From Octopus bimaculoides (Eukaryota), in contig NC_068988.1 in assembly GCF_001194135.2 (NCBI RefSeq), forward strand, positions 73,929,582-73,993,581: a stretch of DNA of 64,000 nt, given 5' to 3'. Below the pieces are notes generated by a model. The model searched no databases and was not told the DNA's origin. It saw only the letters and a list, made by a program, of their open reading frames with translations. The translations under genes were made by a program, and so were the position numbers. Positions 1 through 12,149 of this stretch are shown here, piece by piece. Positions within the stretch are counted from its first letter, which is position 1; each line of letters opens with the position of its first letter.

Positions 1-545
1 GTTAAGCTTCCTACTATCTACCAGATATCTTAACTATCTCAGCAATGATCCCTGATGGATCAGGGGCCTTCCCTATCTTCATATCTTAAATTGCCTTATC
101 TATCATGCTACTGTCAACTAGGATAGTTGCTTTCTCTGTTGGGTACACATGAAGGAAACTCCCTTTCTCCCATTCATTCTCCACATTTAATAGCCTTTCA
201 TCGTTGCTCTTCCATGTGTTTCTTTTCAGGATCACCAAGGGCATACATACACACTTTTCTCCCGCAACATCCCAATTCTCTCTAACATACTGTTTGGCAA
301 TCTGGAATGCTGATCACCTCAAGTCTCTGATCTTCATGCTGTAAGACATAGGCAAACCTCTTTCTTTCTGCTTCAACTCTAGTTAGACATGACACTAGAT
401 TCTCTTTTAGCTATCTGATATGGCTCTTTGCTACCCCAACTCTTCCAGTCTTTCCAAGTCCATCTTTTCTCTTTTATGGTCCTGTCAACCTCACTGTTCC
501 ACCACCATATTGCCCTCAGTAGATTGTCCCATAAAAACTTCCAGT
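1..545 (-). mobile_element. RTE-clade LINE fragment (linker and start of RT), decayed
   Basis: Broken translation includes WWNSEVDRTIKEKRWTWKDWKSWGSKEPYQIAKRE and MKIGKAPDPSGIIAEIVKISG, typical of the RTE region before RT; many stops and frameshifts. Confidence 0.75.
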
Positions 546-1014
546 TATGAAAGTTGTGATATCTATATATTTTATCTACTTATGTGTTTGTAAGTTTTTA
601 TTTATTTATTTTTATGTCTGTCTTTACTTTAACACCACATGAAAAATGGTGTTCTGTGTTTATATCCTGTAATTTAGTCTGTTTGACAGAGATCAATATG
701 AGATGTACCAAACTTAAAATTAAGTACTGGAGTTGATGTAATTGACTAAATTATTTCAAGGCAATGTCCCAGTATGGCTGTGGACTAATAAATGAAACAA
801 ATAAAAAACTATATTTTAAAATTTATCTGGTTTCTATCCATGAACATGTCTACCTAGCAGGCCCAGCAACCATGAAGAAGCTACCTCTGGGAATGAAATG
901 CTAGTAAGAATATGTTTCTTTCTCCCTTTGTTATATATCCATGTCTACATCTATTCAGACACACACACACATATGCTTGAGCACACTCATACATATATTT
1001 CACATCTCTCTCTT

Positions 1015-2312
1015 CTTCCTAACATAAACCTAACACAAACCCTATCACTTAATCTGTCACTTACACATTACCTTAATACTAAGTGTAACATTAACCTGAA
1101 CGCTAAACATAAACTTAATCCTAAACCTAACTCTAGTGCTAATAATCTAACCCTCACCCTGTTGCTAAACGCTAATCCAACCTTTATCCTTGGCCCTAAC
1201 CTAACCCTAACCAAACATGAGACACTAAAGCTCACCATAACCATAACTCTAACCCTAAATCGAAACCCTAATGCTCATTCTAACCCTAAATCTGATCTTA
1301 AGCATAAATCTAACCCTAAACATAACTAACCATAACATTAAAAGACTGACCCTAACTCTAACTCAAAACCCTAAAACTCAGCCTAATGGTAACCATCATC
1401 CTAATCCTAAAACCTAATCCTCAACCTAAACCTGCCTCTAAAACTAACACTACTCCTAATCATAACCGTAATCCTAATCCACTACTGATCCTAAAATTTA
1501 CCTAACACTAACTTGGACCCTAATTCTAACCCTAACCCAAAACACTAACCATAAGGTTTAACACTGAAACCTAATGTTAAGCTGAACCTTTAACACTAAC
1601 CTTTAATCATAGCCCTAACCTTAAAACATATTCTTATCTTAAGCCTGAAACTAATCCTAACTTTCATGATAATCCTAACCCTCCCATAACACTCTTCCTA
1701 AACCCAAACCTAAACCTGAACCCTAACTCTGACAAGAACCCCAAGACTAAAGCCAAATCAAACCCTAACATTAGCCTAACCCAAAACCTAAGCTTAACAA
1801 TAAACCCTAGTCTTAACATTAAACCGTGACCCTAAACCTAAATCATAATGTTAATCCTCAACCCTGCCCAAATACTATTCCTAACCTGAATCCAAATCTT
1901 AAAACTAAACATTAACTTAAATGTTGATCTCAAGCGTAAACCTAACCCTAACTCCTAAACTTAACACTAATCTAATCCCTACCTCTAAATCTAACCTGAG
2001 ATAATTACACCAACATTAACCATAATCTAAAGATTAACTCTTATCCTAACACTCAATCTTACTCTGATCTGTAACCCTGATCCTAACCTTAAACCTAACA
2101 CTAAAGCTAACCTGAACCACACTTTGAAACCTAAGCATAACACTCTAATCTTAATACTAAGCTTAACCCTAACCCTAACTATAACCCCCATGGTAACTGT
2201 AAACCTAAACCTAAAACTGAAGCCTAACCTTAACCATAAATCCAAACCTTAACCTAACACTAAAACCACTAACCCTAAAACTTAACACTAACCTTAAATT
2301 TGACCGTAACCC
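1015..2312 (-). repeat. Degenerate telomere-like hexamer array, (CCCTAA)n on + / (TTAGGG)n on -
   Basis: About 1.3 kb of cctaac/ccctaa/cttaac variants with short perfect runs (e.g. near 1195-1212 and 2165-2180); G is strongly depleted on the + strand. Confidence 0.85.
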
Positions 2313-4093
2313 TATGTCAGCGTTTAACATATTTTATGTTGGAGTCTAACAGAATGTATGGAAGTGAACTGAGATTATGTATGAATGCCATCAACTCTTA
2401 TTTCAACTAACAGGTCCTGATATACTTCTCACTTACGAGACACATGTCCAGATCAAGAATACTTTTTATCAATGATTCCAGTGTACTATGACAACATTTA
2501 TGTGTGAAAAGAAAAGTTGTTTTCCTGTAACGTACACAACAGCCATTAACATGTTCTGCATTTGAATCTGCAACTACTTATCAAGATTTATTTTTGCTTC
2601 ACAGATACCAACACTGATCAACAAATAGTTTGATGAAATTTTAAATCATATCTACTGGAAATTGTTTAGACATAAATAATCACGGAGCATCTGGCTAACA
2701 AGACACAACACATCAAAATACAGGTGTCCCAGATTCCCTAGAACATGCATGAGTTATATGAACACTTTCGCCTAGAAAGAAGTTTTCCTTTGACTCCCAC
2801 AAGAACTATTAACATATTTTGTTCTTGAATCAACCAAAACAAAAAATACATAAGCAAGTCCTCATTTCAGACTTTATACTGAAGTAATTTATTTTTGCTT
2901 GAAAGATATTACACAGCCTATTTAATGCAGCCATTTAAGTTAAAGAAAAAGAAAGTGAAGAGACCATTTATCTTGTTCTTCAGATGTGGCTGTTAAAGCA
3001 ACCTTCTTGGCAGAGGGGTAAGTGGGAAAAGAAGTCTAGATACACATTGGTATCAGTATGTATCAGCATTTTATCGGAGTAAAAAGTTTAGTGAAACCCT
3101 CCCCACTTGTCAGAAAGTTCTTGTTAATTACTTCCTCAATCAATCCAATGTTGCTCTTCTGAACAAAAGTGAAGTTGATAAAGGAAATATATGTGTGTGT
3201 GGCCATTGGTTATGTTTGGGTGTTTATTTTTGTTTTAGTCATTTTTTTTAGTAGTTTGTGGTTGTAAATGTGATTGTTCAAGATTTTCTTCTTGCAATGA
3301 TGGAGTTGATGCTTTTGATGTGTGATTTTGTGATTGATTTTCTATTATGCTGTAATGTCTCATTGCCTTAAATTTGACACAGATTCAATTTAACATGTTC
3401 TGCATTTGAATCTACAATTACTTATCAAGAATAAATATGCATCATTTCAGGTGTGAGTGTTCACTGTGCAAATGATTTATTTTTGCTTCATAGATACATT
3501 GATCAACTGTGTCAAATTCTGTCTCACTTGATTTCATCAGATCTTCATCTTCTGATGGGGCCTTTGCTTTCGTGAGGTCTGAGTCAGAAGAAAGAGATGG
3601 GTGTATGTTTGTTTTAGTGTTTTCACTAACTGTATAAGGAAAAAATTCTTTCGCTAGAATTGGTAGTAACAGTGGTGGGCATTTTGGTTTGATTTTCAGC
3701 ACACGAAGCATTTGGGTTTTCAGCCCTCTATTAACACCGGCATCTGCTTGCTTTTCCAGAAAGAGAAAAAATTGTCTGTGAGTGACTTCCTCCAGGTCAA
3801 CCAGTATCTGAAATTCTCTAAGAATCCCAGTCCTGTTGGGTTGGGAGTGGTTTTTATATCCACAATCTCTCCATGCTACTCCAGTATGATTAAAGTTCTT
3901 GTCAGATTTCTATGAGCCAGCATGTTGCTGTTGTCATAATGGTAAGAAAAATTACTTAAATGTGTTAAATTTGTTTCAGCTCCAACATACCTACCTTTGA
4001 TGTCATGGCTATGTTGGCACTCAAAAGTGGGTGGACAAAATGCTCTCTACCGCTGTGTTCCGACATTGTGTTTTTAATTTTAAAAAATCCCGA

Positions 4094-4130
4094 GGTGCAG
4101 GCATGACTGTGTGGTAAGAAGCTTGCTTCC
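4094..4130 (+). mobile_element. 5' head of a tRNA-derived SINE; the body resumes at 8862-8940
   Basis: ggtgcaggcatgactgtgtggtaagaagcttgcttcc matches the intact copy at 60394. The continuation (caacca..., gccttgtgagtggatt..., ggaaact) reappears at 8862. Confidence 0.8.
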
Positions 4131-4476
4131 TGTTATACTCTAAAGCCTCCAATATCGTAGTACGGTTGATATTGTCAACGATAGATAAAAAATACACAGT
4201 AACAGTGTTATAACAATACAAAATAGAAACAGTGGCAGTAACAAACCCGCAACGAACCAACAATCAATATTTCCAACACACTAACTCGAAATGTAAACTG
4301 TACCTGAACTTTGAAGACCAAACTACGAATTGATTTCTTTTATTGAGCTTAATAAAGAGGTGACAATACACGAACAGATAATACAGTGGGGTACATAAAA
4401 CATATAACGAACGAATAAAATTTATGAATACAATAATGAAGAAATTGAAAATGAAATGTCTTACCTGCTCCCCAGT

Positions 4477-4648
4477 GGATGCGCAATGGCCCAGTGGTTA
4501 GGGTAGCGGACTCGTGGTCATAGGATCGCAGTTTCAATTCCCAGACTGGGCGTTGTAAGTGTTTATTGAGCGAAAACACCTAAAGCTCCACGAGGCTCCA
4601 GCAGGGGATGGTGGCGAACCCTGCTGTACTCTTTCACCACAACTTTCT
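4477..4648 (+). mobile_element. tRNA-derived SINE, 3'-truncated, inside the LINE
   Basis: A-box tggcccagtggtt and B-box-like gtttcaattccc; it stops abruptly at caactttct, where LINE ORF2 resumes. Confidence 0.8.
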
Positions 4649-4654
4649 GCCAGT

Positions 4655-7329
4655 CACCCATTCTAGGTTTCCACCTGATCCATGGGCCTAAATCCTGCCG
4701 GAACATTAATTGCGGGAGAAAGAACTTTATGTGCGGTGACCACACCTGCTCACTATCCAGATAGAGCCACAGGTGTCTCAGCCTCAGCGCGAACTTTCAC
4801 ATCATCAGCCAAGGCATCCCTAGCCCAGCCTTTAATGGTTTTTGACAGCAGATAGAGCGCCTCACAAGTGGTCTTTCCCTCCACAAAAAGCAGAAGAGGA
4901 GTCGCTCCATCTTGCTCAGCTACAACCTAGGGCAAGGCACAATGGTCAGCCGGTAGGTTATCACAGATGCTATAAGCACCTGTGCAACCTGCACCTTACC
5001 TAGCAAAGATAACGCCCTTCCAGACCAGGTCTGGGTTAGGGGAGTCACCTTGCTTGTGACCTCGCTCCAGTTTTTCTCTATCTGGAGATTTGGTCTAAAC
5101 CAGACCCCAAGCAACTTAACCGGACTGTCTTTCCAACGCCCTTCAATGCTATTGGATGCATCAGCTTGCCCCTCCAGGTGCCGAGTTGCAAGCCGACTGA
5201 TTTGTCCTGGTTAATTTTTGCTCTTGCCACCACTTCGTATCATTTGATGGCGTTTTCTACATGAGGTAGCTGCTCTTCATCAGACACGATTATGGAGACA
5301 TCATCTGCATACGCAATTGTTCCTCTCCCGTAGCATAGATCACGCAGATTACCCGCCGATGCCTCCAGCCTTCACAGTAATGGTTCAAGGGCACATACAA
5401 AAACGGGGACAGGAGGCAATCCTGGCGAACTGAACTTTCAATAACGAACGGTTTCGAAAACAAAAAACAAAATCTTCATGCGGACAATGTAATTGATGTC
5501 GCTATACATAGCGTTGATCCAACAATGGAAAGTCTGATCCAGTCCGGCCGCTGCCAGATACCGGTGGTCAACCCTATCGAATGCTTTAGTCTAATCTAAA
5601 TTTACCAGTGCCCCATCTTTGCCAGGAATTTTACCCACCCTCTTCAAGGTGTAGCGTATGAGGTGAAGGTTGTTATGTATCGTCCTGCCAGGGATGGCGC
5701 ATGTTTGCACCTCTCCAACAAGATCACCACGACAAGTTGCTAAAACTTTTGGCCAAAATCTTTAACTCTGTATTCAACAGAGTTAAGGGCTGAAAATTAC
5801 TAATAATTTCCCCCTTGCTCGGGTTCTTCCTGATCAGTGTCATCACTCCCCGGCTTGCAGGTTTGGGAATTCTCCCATTCTGCTGCCAGTTTGCATAGAC
5901 ACCGGCCAGTATGTCTCCGAACAAGTTTGGCATACTTTTAAAAATTCGTAGGATAGACCATCCAGTCGCGGCGACTTGTCCCCAGGGAACTCAGAAAGCA
6001 CCTCTGTAACCTCCGCAGCCATGATCGATCCTTCAAGCACTCGCCCCAGAAATGTCAAGAGCCGCAGGCCATCAGCCAGAAATCCCAAAGGGCATCTCCA
6101 TGGTCCAGCGCCTCGCTTCCCCCGAACATCTCGGCGAAGTGCTTGTAAAAGACCTCACATATCTCCTCCTATCCTTTGACCAAACGTCCATGTTCATCGA
6201 CCAAAGACTTAATCGTGGCATCGATGCCATGCTGAGTTTCTACCGTGCGAGCCCACCCGGCAACGTTGATACCCTCACACCCCAATGCACATACTTTAGC
6301 CCGAATCCTGCATCCTTTGTGTTTAGCTTTGAGGTGTTGGTCTAAAGCCAATCTCGCTGCCAAAACTTGGGGCGCAGAGCCCACTCTCAACACCTTTTCT
6401 AAGGCTTTAACTAATTGCCCTTCTACTCTAGTCTTCTCTAGATTTAACTCTTCGCTAAATCTAATCGACTCAAATCCAATGGCTCGTTTGAGGGCAAACC
6501 ACCACCGGTTATTTAATATGGTGCCAGTTAATGCCTGCACCACTAACTCCTTAATCTGTCTACTGTGTGCTTCACAAGTCAAAATAGACTTGTTTAGCTT
6601 TCAGTAGCTGGATCCTTGTCTATGTACCTTATCTATGTGTAACCTACACGTCACTAATTTGTGATCCGTGTAGGACACCAAAGAAAACTGTGGACAGCTA
6701 AAACTAGTCTCATCTCTAGTATTAACTATTATCCTATCTATGTATGACCTGACTGATCCGTTGTCGTTACTTCAGGTCCACACTGGAACGTTCAGATAGT
6801 CAAGTCTATATCAACTTGCCAGCCTAAAACGCTTAAGCAGATCGATGAGGCGTGAGTTTCCTCTCCTAGCAGTTGAGCCCACGCTATCCTGACGTGCATC
6901 CAGAACAGCGTTGAAATCTCCTAGCAAAACTAATGCCTTAGACATCACGAGAAAATTCTCTAGGCATTGATAGAAATCAGGCTGTTTGCCTGGCGTATAA
7001 ATACCGATCAACTTGAAGGCCTTACTACTGAATGTCAAATCGAGAACGATCAACTTACCTTCAGGCTTCACAAAGATAGTACGTGTCTACAGAGCCAAGT
7101 TTTTTCAGAACAAAACTACAACGCCTCCACGGCCTCCGGTCTGACTAGGAGACATAATTTTCTCATAGCCATTCAGGAGAGCCGAAAAGGCCTGCAGTTT
7201 GTCCAGCTTGGTCTCTGTGGCGACCATCACATCTATTCTATGTGACTTGAGGTTGTCGAGGAAACAGGCTTGCTTCCACTTCGAATTCAGGTCACGCACA
7301 TTTAAACAACTTAGGCTAAGTACAGCCAT
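4655..7329 (-). pseudogene. ORF2 (APE endonuclease + reverse transcriptase) of the Tx1/L1-like LINE, frameshifted
   Basis: Track ORFs 7105..7449, 6811..7071, 6169..6582, 5843..6088, 5724..5933, 4920..5114 and 4563..4745 are consecutive broken pieces of it. Confidence 0.85.
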
Positions 7330-7499
7330 GTCGGAATGAAAAAGGAAGAAGAGGGTTACCTGCCCTTCGTAAAGGTGTAGGGGAATCAACTTCAGAGTTT
7401 CTGAGGTTTCCTCCTCATCTTTCTTCTCTCTCTCCTCATCGATACCCATGGGTTTAACTGGAGGGTCAATTAATTTTGGTAAGGATTATAAATTCATGA

Positions 7500-8499
7500 T
7501 ATCATTTGGATGTCTTATTTATAAGGTTTTAAATAAGTTCAATGCAATTTTTCCATATGTATAAACATTGACGTTTATGAAAATTTTAAAATTATGGTGG
7601 GGCTTAATCACTCCATCCAAGTATGTTTTTAGTTAAGTATTTCACAAATACTGTCACCGATTCAAACTGGCTGCATCTCCAGTTCAACAACCGTAGGTTC
7701 ACTTTAGACCGAAGTCACATCTTCATCTACTTTTTGGGGGGATGTGTGGGGTCCCCCTCCTGGTTCTTTTTAGCTTCAGTGTTTTGTTCTTTGTTTTCCT
7801 CATTGGGAGGCAAGACTCAGCCCTTTTTTTCCGCACTTAAAGCACTGAGGGTTCCTCCCTTCAACATTAACTTTTAGTACTGTTTCTCCTATGAATATCC
7901 TATTGGGTACATTTTCTAGGTCGCTGGGTGTGGCTTGTACCAACATCTCGATGCTCTGTAACAACCAATTTGTGGGGGGGGGCATCTCACCAGTAGTATT
8001 TCAATTTTCTCTTCTCGCTGGTACATTGGAGCGGCCACAACCCAAGTGACCTCTATCTGGGGAGGCACTCCTAAAATTTTTATTTCGGATGTTCTTCGTC
8101 CCAGATATAGCGTCAGGAGTGCTAATTCCTCGTTTTTAAGTGTTTTGGCCAAGTGCTCCCTGACCTTTTCAGTGCTTTTGAAACTCACCTCTACTATTGC
8201 GTATTTTGGTCCTCGGGCCAGATATATAATATCTCCCCATATCTGCTCGAGGCACTTTTCAATTTCTTTCTCCTAAAATTTGGCAATTTTATGATTTTTT
8301 AGGTCATGTCTTGTAGATTATCGTTCTGCTCTGTTTTGCTTAGTATTTCACTTGGAGGAGTTATTTTTACGTCTCTCCCATTGACGTTTAACATTCTGTA
8401 AAACACTTGTATCTCTGCAAATTTTATTACGTTGGTTACAATGTTTCTTTTGCTCTCATCGAACGGCATAACTTCATTGATGATGTTCACAGCCATCAT
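7500..8499 (-). pseudogene. ORF1 (gag-like, zinc knuckle) of the Tx1/L1-like LINE, frameshifted
   Basis: Track ORFs 8299..8559, 7916..8188 and 7800..7985; CxxC knuckle; lies between the 5'UTR and the APE start. Confidence 0.7.
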
Positions 8500-8940
8500 A
8501 CAAATATTATTTTTTGAGAAAATAATCCACAAATGAAAATATATATTTTTTTCTGACAAGAGAAAAAATTAAATTTTCTCTCACAAGAGAAAAACAAACA
8601 AAAAGTTCACACAGAATATTCAAATCCACCCCACCTCAGGGGGAGGAAAACAGTTCAACAAATCAAAACTTTTTTAACAGTTCCCCTACAGGAACAAAAA
8701 CAAATTTAACAACAGAGCAACAAAGCAAAACAAGTACTTATCGCAACAGCAGAAGCAGAAAAAGCACACATAAATCCAAACTCCGGACTGCCGACTACGT
8801 CAGACTGCTACTATTTATATGTAATGGTCCCTTCTATTCTCATCAGAGTACTCTCTCCACACTTCCCAACCATACGGTGTCTTTTTTTAGCCTTGTGAGT
8901 GGATTCGGTAGGCGGAAACTAAAAGAAAACCTTTGTGTGT

Positions 8941-9895
8941 GTATATATATATAAAATAGACCTGTGTGTGTGTGTGTACGCTTTTCACGCAAAAACGGCT
9001 GCGCGAATTGGTTCCATACTTAGGGTTTATGAATAATTTGACCTAGGATACAATAATATGGTCAACTTCTGGTACTGACGTAGCAACTGCGGCTAGCTAG
9101 ACACACACATGTATGTCTGACGTAGCAACTCCTCTTCCTTCTTCACTCTCTCACTTACCTCTCTTCCTTCATCACTCAATAACTCAACTTCATTCAATTT
9201 TACAAATATCTATTTTTAATATTTGAGAGGCGTGTTCCCTATCTCACTGTACTTCCTCTCTTTCGATCCCTTACTCTATCATTCTCTCTTCATTCTGCCT
9301 AGCATTTACCGTTGTAACGATTTCTGGTATCAAAAAAATTACTACAGCTATTTTCATTGCTTACAATCTACTGTACTGGTGTATTTGTGTATCAGTAAAT
9401 AACCATGCCCAGAATGAAGGTGTGAAATTTGTCTCCAGTGTCAAGGTCAGCCAAAAGAATATCTCTGTCGAGGGAAAGAGAGACAGCTGAAAAATACCAA
9501 GAAAGAAACAGACTGTGCACTACAGCAGTCAGAACATCTGAGAATGATGAGACGAGTGGTGAATAAAAATAAAATAAAAAGTTGCGTACCGGTGCTGCCC
9601 AAGTGCCCGAGCATTTCAAAGTGCTGAGCAGAGGTATGCACACTTGACAAGGAATAGGATCTCTACTGCAAAAGGAAGAGCAGTCACAACAGCTCAGAGA
9701 AGCAACTCTCTATGAAATAACTTTCAACTATGATCCAGCAGTTAATTATGCAGATGACACTAAAGTTTCTATTGGTGCAATGACAACTGATTGCATACAC
9801 TATAAAGCAAGGAAGTGGCCTGGAGAGACACCTGGGCTGTGCTGCTGCGATGGAAAGGTTAAACTCACTGCAATACCCCAACCTCCAGAGCTATG
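8941..9895 (+). mobile_element. Helitron 5' fragment (terminal leader and N-terminal Zn-finger region of RepHel)
   Basis: Leader tatatatataaaatagacc(tg)n resembles the other Helitron 5' ends here. Broken translation FNYDPAVNYADDTKVSIGAMTTDCIH.KARKWPGETPGLCCCDGKVKL is typical of the RepHel N-terminus. Confidence 0.75.
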
Positions 9896-10004
9896 AATAA
9901 TATGTGCATGTAACATACAGAAGTGTAAAACTATTGAGTGTTAAGGCTATGAGTTTATAACTCAAGTGAAACTGGGTCCTTCTGCTTGTATATATGAATA
10001 TAGA

Positions 10005-10180
10005 CAACCAATGCTGGTGTGTTTATGTCCATGTAACTTAGTGGTCTGGCAAAAGAGACTGATAGAATAAGTACTAGGCTTATAAAGAATAAATTCTGGG
10101 GTCGATTTCTTTGACTAAACCCTTTAAGGCGGTGCTCCAGCATAGCTGCAGTCAAATAACTGAAACAATCAAAAGAATAT
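10005..10180 (+). mobile_element. SINE 3' tail (same family as 61132-61342)
   Basis: gatagaataagtactaggctt...ggggtcgattt...ggtgctccagcat...tgaaac, as in the 60394 copy. Confidence 0.75.
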
Positions 10181-10419
10181 CTTTGTTTTTACAAGAAATC
10201 CAAAATAAATATTAATGAGTTGCACCCACAAAAGAGTGTGCAATTCAACAGAAACATTACCACTATGATGCAAACAGTGTCTAGAATAAAGTTAGCACAA
10301 AATAAATTACTGTACTGACCAGCTGAAACTATTGATAAAACTCTCAAAACTAATAGTGTTCCAAGTTGCCGTGTCTTGACAGTAAGGCAATAACAATAAT
10401 AATACTCTTTTCTGCTATA

Positions 10420-10580
10420 GGTACAAGGCCTGAAATTTTGGGGCAGGGGGAAAGTCAACCACATCAACCCCAATACTTGACTGGTACTTAATTTATTGAC
10501 CCCAAAAGGATGAAAAGCAAAGTTGAACTCAAAATGCCACTAAACATTTTGCCTGGCCTGCTAATGGTTCTGCCATATTA
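10420..10580 (-). mobile_element. tRNA-derived SINE, second family (other copies 15680-15880 -, 18291-18520 +, 38655-38850 +), internally deleted
   Basis: Shared core gactttgcctttcatccttt...aagtac...tgggg with the other copies. Confidence 0.75.
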
Positions 10581-10619
10581 GTAATAGTAACAATGATAAC
10601 AGTTAATAATAATAATAAT

Positions 10620-11600
10620 AATCCTTTCTTTATTAACCACTGAGGGTTCATATAAAAGATTGGGGACGATAAAGGATAATACAAAACAAGTGGGATTGGA
10701 ATGTGTAAATAAAGAAAAACAATAAAAGTTATAACAATTAAATCGCCAAAAGAGGGAGACTTCCAAAGGCTGCACGTAGAAACCCCACAAAAACTACAAC
10801 CACCCTGACCTCTCCTCCTTCTACCCTTGATCTCGAGCCATATGCTTAGAGTACGCCTGTTCACTTGGCCTATTCGTGCTACATTCACCCACCTTTTGAC
10901 AAGCTGGGAGGCAGCACTTCCCTCTCTACTCTCACTTTCCTTTTCAAGTGGAACTTGAAAAAGTTGATGAGGGCTTGGTCAAAGAGGAAAGTGTCTGTTT
11001 TCAGCCCTTTCAACATTTGTCCACCACACAACCTCTTTTGCTAAGGCCACCAGTCACAAGTGCCTAAGACATTGAGGAATATGAAATCTTTATTACAAGA
11101 AATTAAAAATAAATATGAGTTGCACAAAAGGTGGACTTTACATTGGTCAAAAGGAGGAACAACGAGAATATAGAAATAGAACTCAGAATCAAAATAGAAA
11201 CAGAATCCCCAATAGTGGGACAGTCCACATAGGATAATTCATGGAAAACTCCACACAAAAAGTCCTGGATTATTCTGGCATCAGAAATATCATCTTCCTG
11301 TTTCTTTCCACCTATTTTGAAAAGCATAATCAGAGTAGGCCCATCCAGCTCACCAGTCATACCAATATCTTCTACTTTTCGATAAACATACTAGAAAGCA
11401 GTAACTCCCTCTCTACTTTCACTTTCCTTTTCAAATTATATTTGAAGAAATTAAAGAGAGCTTGGCCAAATAAGAAAGAACTTATCTTCAAACCTTTCAG
11501 ATGGGTCCATCATACATTCTTCTTCACTAAGCTCCCTTCTCTGCTAAACGAAGGTGATGCGTTGATCTTCACTATACATTCGGCAGGCAGCTGAATTCAT
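10620..11600 (-). mobile_element. Two tandem 3'-end fragments of Tx1/L1-like LINEs (about 11340-11600 and 10620-11060)
   Basis: ORF2 C-terminus [24 protein letters not shown] matches track ORF 18698..18919; the 3'UTR ends aataaagaaag followed by (att)n. Confidence 0.7.
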
Positions 11601-12149
11601 CTCACACAAGATAGTAGCTGTCAGACACAAGCCTGTAAGTTGCTAATGCACAAATGCTGAAAGATTCATGTAGGAATGCATCTCAGACAGGTTTGGCTGT
11701 TGATATTTGAAAGTCTGAAAAGCTTGTCTCGAACAGCTAATACTCCTTGAAGCACTGGAATTGGAAGATGTCCATTGTCTTCAACCTGAGATTCCTTCAG
11801 AATGAATAGACTGTTCTCATTGATGCCCAGAGTCAATAATCACAGGCCATTGTTGCTCATCCCTTAACTAACCCTCTACAGATATCTTGAGTTGTTTTTC
11901 TGGCTGGTACAATGCTGTAAGTGCCTGGCAACATTCTAGATGCCAAACAGCCAATCTTGGTCCACACTTGACCTTTGATTGTAGCTTGTTCAAGAAGATG
12001 AGCTGCGGAAAGACGTGTCATATGAAAGATGCCCACTGTTTGCCTTTGTTTTCTTTGTTGACATTGGAGTAATCTAGATATTTCCACAGATTGTGTCAGC
12101 CACAGAGCATACAGATGCATCATCACGAATGGCATCCCAAGATCATAAT

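Larger units (their letters stand above)
4333..8775 (-). mobile_element. Tx1/L1-clade non-LTR retrotransposon: near full length, decayed, with an internal 3' deletion
   Basis: 5'UTR, then ORF1 (ATG 8499; CCHC-like NPQCFKCGKKG), then ORF2 (ATG 7329; APE motifs CLNVRDL, ATETKL, LGDFN; RT motifs SPRLDGLSYEF, LTLLNTELKILAK, LGVWF). 3' end AATAAAAGAAAT is shared with the copy at 18560. Degenerate 15-bp TSD at 4318-4332 and 8776-8790 (12/15 identical). Confidence 0.85.
4131..8861 (-). mobile_element. Probable solo LTR of about 270 bp (parts 4131-4332 and 8776-8861), split by a LINE
   Basis: Insert bounded by TG..CA with a perfect 5-bp TSD CTTCC (4126-4130 and 8862-8866). On minus it starts TGTGGAG, carries TATAAATA and ends TATAACA. 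Confidence 0.7.

Noticed and set aside
898-2245. ORFs 898..1329 (+) and 2027..2245 (-), rich in Leu/Asn/Thr/Pro and Arg/Val/Leu
   Set aside because: They are translations of the degenerate CCCTAA array, which lacks stops in some frames; no protein signal.
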